DNA of 64,000 nucleotides from Lytechinus pictus (lineage: Eukaryota), in the NCBI RefSeq assembly GCF_037042905.1, contig NC_087256.1, positions 26,474,001 to 26,538,000 of the forward strand. The letters are read 5' to 3'. The notes under the pieces are model-generated. The model was given only the letters and a program-made list of their open reading frames with translations. It was not told where the DNA came from and made no database searches. A program made the translations under genes and the position numbers. Shown one piece after another: positions 25,401 through 37,400 of this stretch; position 1 is the first letter of the stretch; every line of letters starts with the position of its first letter.

Positions 25401-28400
25401 ACACACACAAAAAATGTGTCTTGCACATCTTTACCCCAAGACCAAAATATGTATATACACACTAACATTCAACCCACTCCACCGCCACCCTTCGGCTTGC
25501 TTAGCATCTGCATTCAGATATTTAGTGCATTGAGATGCGAGGACAAACAGAACATCTGTTCAAAAAGGGTCTGATTTCAAGAACTAAACCAATGCAAAAT
25601 AATGCACTGCTATTGAGTTTTGCACTAGCGCTAGTCTATATATCAGACCAATCTAAACTCATAAATTCTGACATTTTCACCCATTTTTTCACTGTTCCTG
25701 CAGCCAGATTTTTTGGAGCATACCCCATTTTTAATTCTTATACATAAACAAAGGTCTGGAGAAAAAAATCATGCTTTTGTCCACTGTGTCCACAAGTAGG
25801 GTGTTTTTTACGCTAACAGACCGGACTATATAGAATAGTCAATTTGACCATTAATGCATCACCTGTCCCAATCTCTGGCAGGTGCTAAAACGTGGTAAAA
25901 TGAGAAGAGAAACCTTGTAGACATCTAGGTATTGTTTGTTGAATACAATTTGTCAGTGTTTTATATACATATTTCTTTTTGTTAAATATTTATATTTGTC
26001 TACTACTTTTATATTATAGTATAAATCCTAAAACTGTTCAAATTAACCCCAATCTCCTCTATTAAGCATCACACTTACCTGTCCTTGGGGCTTTATATGC
26101 TTTGGCTTTTGAAGCCATGTCTCGCCATTTCTTTCTCAATGTATGCCATTCTCTTTCTTGGCCACCAGCTGCTCTTAACGAATGTGTTGCTCTTTTCCAG
26201 GTTCTATGCATGGAAATAATGTGGAAGTAGACAAATTATAAATTTAGGATTGGTTGCACCAAGGGTCTACATGGGTTGCAAAAATAACATGGCTGTTGCC
26301 GTGTCACGATCTAAGCTTTTGGGCGTTTTGGATTTATTTGTAACTGATCGTTATAATAAGAGGGCGCATGACAAAAGTTTGCAGGATAAGGAGGGGTGTG
26401 TCACGTTGTTGCTAGTGTTGATTTTTTACCAAGGATGTAGATGCCTAGCACTGGTATGGAAAAAAAAGTTTCAATTGGATAACTGTACTTTTTTTTAAAT
26501 ACCTGAATAAGTGTCAGGTTTTCTAATTTATCAACAGACTACCATACCCTGGGATGAGATTCTTCGGTCGATCAGCTAAATTCCCCCGATTTCGCGATTT
26601 TAAGATTTTTTTCTCTTCTTTTTCCCCTTACACTAACCTTAACCCTCGCCAGGGGCATGCCCCCCGGACCCCCATTTAATCTTCCTCCTTTTGGAGAATT
26701 TCTCTGTCACATCCCTGCATACCTTTCTTTCAACTTTTCTTCTTTGCTGCTCCCCTTTCCTCCAGTTCCAAACAGTTCATGTTTCCTAGTGGCCACAAAC
26801 TGCAGGAGCGCTTCGACTTCGACCCTTTGGAAGTCCTTGCTTCTTTTTCTAGGCGTTTCCTAAATTTTTTGAGGAAAATGCATATTGTTATTATTTATCT
26901 TTATGAATTGCCCAACATCATGTCATTGCCTGTCTGTACACTACCAAATATGTTTATAGTATAGAGAGGGAGGGGGGGGGGGTAATGAGCACTATTTTTT
27001 ATACTCAACACCCCCCTTCCTCCCTTGAGAAAAATCAAAAAGATAAAATTTTGGTTAATCTTTTGTTTTTTTATGCCAGGGGTGGGGGCCCGGCCCCCCT
27101 GTTTCCCCACCCTGGATCCGCCATTGCAGTAATGGGTGTCACATTCAATGATACATAGAGTCGGATATCATACTCATAGACTATATTCATGTACAGTAGA
27201 CCTATGTATCGTCTGGCATCATCATGATCAAATTCAGGGGCATGTAATTAATTAGACAGTGTGAATAGAAATGAGCCATAGTACTGCCATAGACTATATA
27301 GAGATCTAGGTCTAGTCTACATCCACACTATTTCTCACGTACGACCAATTGTGTACATCTAGGCCTAGAATCTAAAAAATATTAATTTCAATTTATAATA
27401 AATAGGTCTAGACCACTGGCGTAAATCCCGGGGGGATGGGGGGATATATCCCCCCCACTTTTCGAGGAGGGGGGAATGGCCTGTACAAACATCCCCCCCC
27501 CCCACTTTTTACGAAAGAAATAAAAAAAAAAATCACAAGAGATAATTGTATTATTGGTGAAAATTCTTCCAAAAATACCGCTTAACAAATAAAACAATAT
27601 TATTGAATCATAAAATGCAAATAAAGAGCCAGTTCACCATTTACAAACGAAATACTTATGTCCTTATTATAACATTGAAGAGAAACCCCCGTTTCTTCCA
27701 ATTCATCAATGTTGGGGTCTTTGGGAAGGGATTAAGATGGAATGTCAAAATTTTTTGAATGGAATCTCTAATAAAACCATTAAACCATCATGGGGTAAAA
27801 AAGATAATAATATTGGAGGGGTATTTGCCATATGGACATACAGTGGCGTAACTACGGGGGGCATGGGGGGCACATCCCCCCCCCCCCCCATCGGCTGACA
27901 AAAAAACGGGGAAAGGGGAAAGGAGAAAAGAGGGAGAAAGGAAGAGAAAGGTAGTGGGAAAGAAGAAAATATTATTCATTATAATGTTATATTATATTAT
28001 AATTATGTTATGTTACATTACATAAGAAACATATTTATCATAAATTCATGAAACATAATTTGCCCAGGGCCTACGTCTTCATTGTTCCTGGTGCTCGCAT
28101 TGTCTGTTTAACGCGATATATAATCCTGTTGTACTAAAACATCCCGTTTTCAAGTCAATATAAACCAAATATATTTCATAGCACTTGAGTTATCATTGTT
28201 TTATGTAGTGACATATGCTTCTTTTTCACGACTCAAAAAGTGATTGCCCCATGTTAAGGTCTTCGTATATATGAAACATTTCCTGTCCGTGATTACGTTC
28301 GCATTGGTGGATTGGTGAGATATGTCTGCTTTTCATAAATTCCTAAAATCAGTCCTTAAAATGTCCCTTCTGATCTGAATATCAAAAATGTTCAGCTCGC

Positions 28401-31400
28401 GCTTCGCGCTCGCATCATTTGGTTAATGAAATACGTATGGTCCTAGTTAATTCTTACAAAAAAAAACCTTAGAATGCCCCACTGCAGGTCTGAATTATCT
28501 AAATTTTCAGCTCGCGCTTCGCGCTCGCATTGTTTAGCGAGACAGGTACCTCTCATGTTTACACAAATTTGGTTATAATGTCCCTTTTAAGGTGTGAATA
28601 TAAAAAAATTTCAGCTCGCGCTTCGCGCTCGCATTATTTGATCAGTGAGATACATATCAGTTTAATGACATTGTCCTTAAAATGTCTCTATTAGGTCAGT
28701 TTAACTGGCAACTGAGCGCACTCACTCAGTGATTCAAAATTTTTGCTGGTGCCCCCCCCCCCCCCCATGCCGTGACCCACGGTACGCCACTGTGGACATA
28801 TCAATGGCAATTCCTTGCATATCTAAAAACATGATTGCAGAAAAAATGCCAAAATATTTCAGTCATCCCCCCCACCCATCAACACGGATTTACGCCAGTG
28901 GTCTAGACTAGTCTAAATCTAGGTCTATAATGAAGAAATATTTTCAGTTTTATTGCTAACAGTAACACTAACACTAAGAGTAACAGTTACATTAACAATC
29001 TTGTCCAATTAAGTTCTAGGCTAGAGGTCTACTTCTATTCTAGTTCTACTAGTAGGCCTAGTATCATCTACTGGAGTCTAGACTTCTAGTTCTAGATCTA
29101 TCATCTAGATCTAATTCTATGTGACTGTCCCCTGGCCCTGTTAGATCTAGAAATCTACTTGATACTGGTAGTACTGCCACTGCCACTGGTACTGCTACTG
29201 CTAGTATTGATTATACTTTTTATAGACCCTGTCCCTAGATCTAAATTAAAGACTAGAGTAAGACTAAGTTGCTCACTAAGGACCGTAGGTCAGGAGTAGG
29301 CCTAGACCTAGAGAGTCTACTACTACTTGTCTAAAAGTTAGGGTAGGCCCTATACTAGTCTAGGCCCCAACTAAAAGTCTATAGTAGTAAGTGTAACTTG
29401 TAAGACTAAGTCTAAGATTAACATTAGATTTAGATCTAGATCTCTACTAGTACTAGTACTAGTAGTAGTAGTATCCAGAAGTACTAGGCCTACTTGTAGG
29501 CCTAGACCGAAAAATTATGTCTCTTTAGACTTTAACGTTAGACTTTACGACTTTAGACTTAGTTTCGTTTGTTAGCCTCCGACTCCGGTCTGATGGGGTA
29601 GGGTCGGTCTAAAGAGAGGAGCCGGCCCTATCCAAATCAGAGGTTAACGAACGAAAGAGACAGAAATTTTCGGTCTAGGCCTACTGCCAGTACCCCGGGC
29701 CAGTACTGATACTAGACCTAGGCCTACTACAACTTAGTCTAGTTAATATAATAGTTTGGTCGTGCATGAGAAATAGCGTGATTGTAATCATCCACAACCA
29801 CAGACTGACAGCGGGCTCGCTACCGCCACACGCACGGTTCACTGCCAATTAATCTAATATTATTCAATCGGCCGCGATTCGTCGAGGTACCGGTATCAAA
29901 TACAACTTCCATCACAAACTTCCACTGCATACATTTCACTTTCAATATTTTACTTCTATGTTGTCTTAACTTAAGAAAAAGGTTAATACCATACCTTCCC
30001 CATTATCTTCCTACAGTAGTCAAAATTATGTTAAAGTGACAAAATTCCTCCTCCTTTCACTTTTTAGTCGCAGACGATGCACACGAAAACTTGCGGGAAA
30101 TTACTACTTTTTATCTTCACACAAGGTCGAAGGTCACGAAATTAGGCTTCGTAGACTCAAAATCCAGACGTTTTATTGTTGAAGACGCGTCGCACACAGG
30201 ACTTAGTGAAGAACTGTTTAGTGGAACTGACGCACCAACAGGACGTCAGTAAGACCCGTCTTAGTGTATGACGCGTCGCAGCGACACTAAGTCCCGTCAC
30301 ACTAAGTACTGTTTAGTGAAACAGGCCCCAGATATAGATCCACGATGATATAGTAATACTTAACCTTGGTTTTACAGACTTTCCCACAAAATCAGTATTT
30401 TACTGCAACTACTGTCATTTAGCTTTAAAGATGAAGGAAAGCAAACCTGTTAGTAGTTAACACTGATTTCATGAGGAAGTCTGTAAAAACCAAGGTTCAT
30501 TGTCAATATATCATCATGATCTAGACCTTGGGGGTGTTTCACAAAGATTTAAGTATGACATAGAGTCGCACTTAAATGCCTAGATGCGCGCGGTGTAAAA
30601 GACATGACCATATTGGTCAGATCATGCCAAAAGCACTACTGCGTATTGGTCAATTAGATTGTGCGTTGCATTTCATATACGTGTCGGCATTTAAGTGCGA
30701 CTCTATTAAAGTCATACTGAAATCTTTGTGAAACACCTTCTGGTGCATTTACAGAGACTTATTTTTTTGAGAAATCATGAAATCTATGCTGAAAAAGATC
30801 ATACTGGAGATCGCCAACACAAATAAGCGCATGAGGGAAAGTGTATTGTTATTGCTCGGAAAATGACCTGACAAATTGCTAAAATGTCTTGCACAATTTC
30901 TTGTCTAATAGACCAGTTCGTAGTTACTCATGGACAATTTTCGGTCAAATGACCTTTCATTTCTTTCATTATGATAGGCAGATTTCAAAGCAAAATATTA
31001 CGTAAGCTTGCCTTACATAGCAGGATGAAGAAATTGACTAGACCAGGTGACTAGAATAGGGCACCAATGAACACTTTATGAAGGTATTTGTTGCATTCCT
31101 ACTTTGAATGCATATCATAGCATGTTGCACAATGTACTTGGCAAACTGTGAAAACCAGGACGCGTTGTTGTTTTTTGTGGATGTAAATGAAAACCACAAT
31201 TCAAAAGAATATATTATGAATAATCAAGGCATCAAAGTTGGTGCTTATCTCATTAGATTTTAAACCATGTCACTTTAGTACAAATGACCTTCCTCTGATC
31301 ATGCGTAGAACCTTTTGATCATGCGCAGAAAGGAACTACGAACTGGCTTATTCTTTGGCACATATTTTTAATTTATACATACATTTACATACATCTGGGT

Positions 31401-34400
31401 TGTCATTTTATTTGATTCTGTAAAACTCATTTTGAAATTGTTACCATAATTGGCATTATGAACCCTTATCTTTCCTTTGGCAAGGTGTTAATCTACATGT
31501 TCATTTGCCACTCCCATTTATGTGTTGTCCAAGGATACCAGATGGAAAAGAATCACTTAACCCTAATTCTCCCGGGGGGGGGGGGGGCCATTATGGCCCC
31601 CCCCCGCTTGACAATTTTCGCGATATATCTGCTGCGCAAAATTTTTTGACCTCGCCGCTCACTGACTTTTTACTTTCAAGTCTCGCGCAAATTTTGAGAC
31701 CAAATTTGTGACGCCCGGGTACGCGGTTACGACATTACGCAACATTATGTAAGTGCATGTCAGACCCAAAATTGCTCATAAACGTGATTTCATGTACAAA
31801 TCCAATGCAAATTGTGTATTTGGCCAAAATTCATAAATGTATCATTATTTCTACTTTTAATGATTAAACTTAATTAATTTTGCCTTGTTTATGATCAGAA
31901 TTAAGTCTGGAACGATTTCCATCGAAAAAACAATAAAAAACAAAAAGTAAAAAAACAAAGAAATACATAAGAAATTTAAAAAACAATAAAATACATAAGA
32001 AATCGGTCTTGGTACCAGATTTTTTTTCATTCACAATTGTTAGGAATGCTATAAAGAATATTTTCACCAAAAAATAGCATTCTAGGAGCTTTATTTAGTG
32101 AATCAGAGCAAAAAGTATGATTTCATGAATAAATTAGCATAATTAATTCATATAAAATAAAAATATATGAATTCAGTGAAATTTAACAATGCAACTGCGT
32201 AGATTACGTCATTCTCTACCATCATGCAAATTTTTGTTGTGATCGCGCAATCCACGGCTGAGATCTTAAGGGGGGGCCATAATGGCCCCCCCCCCCCCCC
32301 CCCCCCGGGGAATGACAAGAAAGGAGAAAAATAAATGAAACAGAATGGTGAAAGTTTGAAAGAAATCGGACAAGCAGTAAGAAAGTTATTGCTGCTTTAA
32401 AATTGAGATCCCTATTACTATGTAGATTTCAAATTGGCAACTGGGTAAGTAAAATATGATAAGGGGCAAGGACACCTTTCCCATAGGCCATGAACTTAAT
32501 TATCGGGGATTTGTGGTTTTCTCCTAAGTACCCATTCCCCTGGGGCAGTAGGCCTAATCTATATAAAACCCAGGCAGTATTGTTTTATATCCTCATGAAA
32601 GAAAAATATATTTGGAAGTAAAACTTTTGAAAACAAAATGATGTTTTAGCCATTTTATGTATTGGAATAGATGGAAGAGTAGCCCTTGCCTTACATCGCT
32701 ATGACATCACATATACGGCCAATTTGAAGTCTCCATGGGTATAGTGATTATCCATATTTACAACTTTTAAAAATTCATATCTTTCTTATTGTTTGTCCGA
32801 TATTGTTCAAATTTTCACCTATCAACTTGTCTGATTTTTCCTTTTCCTCCAAAGACAAGTTTTTATTTGGGTAGGATTCCCCTTTAAAGGCTTGAGCACC
32901 TGATCCTGTTAGCCGTGCCATGCCATAGCCATAGTAATAATTTGCAGGTCTTAAGAATATTGTATTAATCAGATGAAAATTATCATTCATTTAATCTGAG
33001 TTTGACAAATTACGGATAAAAAATCTGCACTTAGTATTAATGAAAAATAAATAAAAAATAATATTTTGACGGGCACATCATCTTCTCCAGGTGGTAGAAC
33101 AGGGCCCCATCTTACAAAGAGTTGTGATTGATCCGATCAACCACGACTATGGATGGCCAGCAATGTCACGATCTAAAATGGAAATTTGTTCAAAATGTTT
33201 TTTAGATATCCATAGATATCCATCGTTCTCTTGCAAATTCAGTGTGCGTGCTGCTTTTTGTCTCGCCCACCAGAGGTGAAGGGGAAATTTAGGGATCCAA
33301 ATGTAGTCCGTCCGTCCGTCACAAATCTAATGACACATAACTCCACAACCGTAAGTTGCTTTTCAACCAAACTTGGACGGTAGATGGACCTGGGGGACCT
33401 GCATGTTATGCTGCAGTCGGAGGTCGCATGGTAAGGTCAAAGGTCATTTTCAGGTCAACGTTAAAGTTTACATGCAAGACTCTCTTATGACACCTAACTC
33501 CGCAACCGTAAGTCGCTTTTCAACCAAACTTGGATGGTAGATGGACTTGGGGGACCTGCATGTTACGCTGCAGTCGGAGGTCACATGATAAGGTCAAAGG
33601 GCATTTTCAGGTCAACGTTAAAGTTTACATGCAAGACTCTCTTATGACACCTAACTCCACAACCGTAAGTCGCTTTTCAACCAAACTTGGTTGGTAGATG
33701 AACTTGGGGGACCTGCATGTTATGCTGCAGTCGGAGGTCACATGATAAAGTAAAAGGTCATTTTTAGGTCAACGTTATTTACATGCAAGACTCTTATGAC
33801 ACCTAACTCTGCAACCGTAAGTCACTTTTCAACAAAACTTGGATGGTAGATGTACTTGGGCAACCTGCATGTTTTGCTGCAGTGGGAGGTCACATGGTAA
33901 TGTCAAAGGTCATTTTCAGGTCAACATTTAAGTTTACGTGCAAGGCTCTTATGACAAGTGTTATTCCATCCCAGTCATTTCACAATGAAGTTTCAATACA
34001 ATTCTGTTGCGTGCCCTCGCAAATCACGATATTTTCTGGTTATTTTCATAAGTGGGCGAGACACAAAATCACTTTTGCCTTGTTTATAAAGGACATTCAG
34101 GATTTTTTTTGTAGAAAAAATTATGACATTGATGGATTTTCTAACAGTTGAGGTTGATTGGATCAATGGTAACTCGTGGAAAGGGGGCCCTGGGCCCCGT
34201 TGTACAAAGAGTTACGATTGATCGGGTCAATCGTAACTCTATGGAAATCCATCAGTGTCAATTTTTCTACAGGAAATTTGCAAAATGTCCTTTGTGATCA
34301 AAGGAGAACACTCCAAATTGTCAAGAAATCATTGAATTTATGGATATGGATATGGATTCATAATCTAGAACTTTTTTTTTCCATAGTTGCGATTGATTGG

Positions 34401-37400
34401 ATCAATCGTAATTCTTTGTACAACGGGGCCCTGGTCTGCGGCAAGCTATTGGAGACTACACTGGCTTTCAAGTGTGTTTATACAGATGGGTCTTGGAAAC
34501 CCTCAACTATTTATTTATTTATTTATTTCAAAATATTTATTCAGGATAAAAACATGTATCAGCACAATGGCTGTTTTACATCATGGTCCTGAAGGACAAA
34601 ATACAATCTGTAAAATAAATTCAATATTCATAAGATTAATATACAAGCAACAAAATAGATATAAGACAAACAAAATTGCAAAACTTAAGAGTAGGACAAA
34701 AATTTGGAATCAAGAGAAATGTGATAAGTCGAGTTTGAAAGTAGAAACAGTTGTTTGAATGTCAGAGAAATAGAAACGACGGAGGATTGAGCAATAGTCG
34801 ACTCCAGGGATGGAGCGAAAATAGAGGGGATGGGAGTCAGAAAGAAATGAAACAAGAAATTGAAGAATAATGAGAAGAGGAATATTGAACCAAACTCAAA
34901 ACATTAATATGACAAACATATCAAATATAATTTAAAAAGTAAACATAATTATTCTTTTCATTGTAAAAAAAACCCCATCTGATTAAAGAGTAATATCAAT
35001 CTTATTCAAAAATATTTTTGTTTATAATTTCTCTTGAACGAGTTAAGGGTTTGTTGATTTTGTAATTCATTTAGGAGAGAATTCCATGATTTTGCACCTG
35101 AGTATTTGAAGGATTGTTTGAAAAGTTCGGTATTTGGTTTGGGCGGGACGACATTTAAAGAATCAGCATTACGAGTATTAAAACCATGTCTGTCATAAAA
35201 CATTTCTATTTCATTGCAAAGTCTGAGTGGTGTAGAGCCATGTATGCAACGATACATAAGTACATTAATGAAATAATATCTTTGCATCTCAAAGTCTTGC
35301 CATTTTAAATCTTTAAATAATTTTGAAACACTAATATCACGTACACCATAATTCTTAGTGACTACACGAGAAGCTCTTTTTTTAATCCGTTTGATAAGAT
35401 TACGATTTTTCGATGAACAATTTCCCCACACAGAGCTTCCATAATCAATGACAGGTTGGATGGAGGATTTGAAAAGGGTATTCAGTAAATGGGTGTTTAA
35501 CATACTACTAAGCTTACGCAACATATACACTTTGTAAGAAAGGTTTTTATACAAGTCAACTGTTTAATGTGCTCATCCCAAGTCAAATGAGAATCAATAT
35601 TAACACCAAGGTATCTAGTACAACTGACTTGTTCAAGTTTTGTGCCATTTAAGAATACATTCAATTCAGTAGGATTTGAATTGGTTTTTGTCGAAATTAG
35701 CATAACATGGGTTTTATCGGAATTGATTTTCAATCTGTTATTTTTGTACCATTTATCAATTTCCGTGATGCACATTTGCAATTTAGATTCAGCTTCTATT
35801 AAATCTTTACCTGTTGTATAAATGGCAACATCGTCAGCAAATATGCTACATGAACCAGCGTTTACTCTTTGGATTATATCATTGATATATAAGAGAAACA
35901 GGGTGGGGCCAAGGACCCCACCCTGGGGAATTCCTATTTTTACTTTGCCTAATTTTGACATTTTACCATTAAAATAAACAGATTGCTTTCTTTCATTGAG
36001 GTAACTTTGAAACCATCGTAATTCGATTCCATGAATACCATGATATTGTAGTTCAGATATTAATAGATCATGAGAAATAGCATTAAAGCACTTCGAAATT
36101 TTTAAGAAACATACCGAAACCACTTCACGATCATTCAAGGCTTCTAGCCAATCGTCAATAACTCTGTGTAGACAAGTAATGGTTGAGTGATTTTTTAAGA
36201 ATGCCGACTGTTCCACTGTGATAAAATCATGATCCATTAGGTACGACATGAATTGTTTGAGTACCAGTTTTTCCATTATTTTGGCTAAATGTGAGACAAC
36301 AGAAATTGGCCTATAGTTGGAAGGAACATCTTTGTTTCCCTTTCCTTTGTAGATTGGGGTAACCCGCGCATATTTCCAATCATCAAATATAAACCCATTT
36401 TTCAGTGAGAAATTAAAGATATTGGTTAGACTCATTGTTAGGTATGGGGCAGCAACATTTAACAATTTACAGTCAATTCCTAACACATCAATGTTGCTTC
36501 TACTAGGTAAATCATTCAAACAGTTTAAAACATCATTCACAAAACTTGAATTCATGTGGACATGGTGGATTATTCCAACATAGAGGGTCATGGGAAATAC
36601 TTTTAGTAATATTTTGACCAACATTAATAAAAAATCATTAAAATCATCAGGAGTAATATCGTTATTAATGTCACTCAAGAACTTGGAATTGCCAGTGACT
36701 CGATTTAATTTAGTCCACAGTTTTTTAGGGTTATTATTAAACTCATAAGATACCGTACTGAAATACTCAGCCTTAGCCTTTCGAATAGTACTGGTCACAA
36801 AATTACGTTGCTTACGATAATCTTCGAAAGAATGGTTACATTTAGCTTTGCGTTTTAAAAAGTCCCTTTTGTTTATGGACTTAACAACTCTGACGTTATC
36901 CAAGGATTGTATCTGTTTTTAACTCGTGAACATTTAATAGGAGCATGTTTATTGCAAATGCCTAAAAATGCATTGATCCAAGAAAGCCAAATATCGTCAC
37001 ATGTCGTGCTAGTTTCGGGAATAAAATCATTCATAAGACGACTACATTTGGATATGTCGCTTAAAAAGTCATCCAAATTAAATTCATTATATGTTCGGAA
37101 GCTTATCATTTTATGACCAGAACGTTTGAAATCAAAGTCAACACAAGTAAAAATCATGAAATGATCACTGAGTGATATTTCACATACATCACTAGTAGTA
37201 TGGGAATTTGGTATAGTGGAAAGAATTAGGTCAATACAAGTGGACGAATGTGCAGTAACACGAGTTGGCTTTTTAATAAGCTGCTGTAGTGGGAATACAC
37301 ATTCAATGGAATGTATTATTGTATTATTTCCACTGAGGTAATCAACATTAAAGTCGCCGAGAATTATCAACTCTTTATCATCCATCATAATTTTTTTTAA

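Larger units (their letters stand above)
18503..30328 (+). mobile_element. Autonomous PIF/Harbinger DNA transposon, 11.8 kb
   Basis: TIRs gggcctgtttcactaa / ttagtgaaacaggccc; 3-bp TSD CAG (18500-18502, 30329-30331); convergent transposase and Myb/SANT genes; subterminal gacgcgtc palindromes. Confidence 0.95.
18201..30424. mobile_element. Kolobok-type MITE family C, split by the Harbinger insertion
   Basis: ttaa|agataaattccag...ctgtaccag [Harbinger] cagatatagatcc...catttagct|ttaa; colinear with 12655-13036. Confidence 0.85.
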
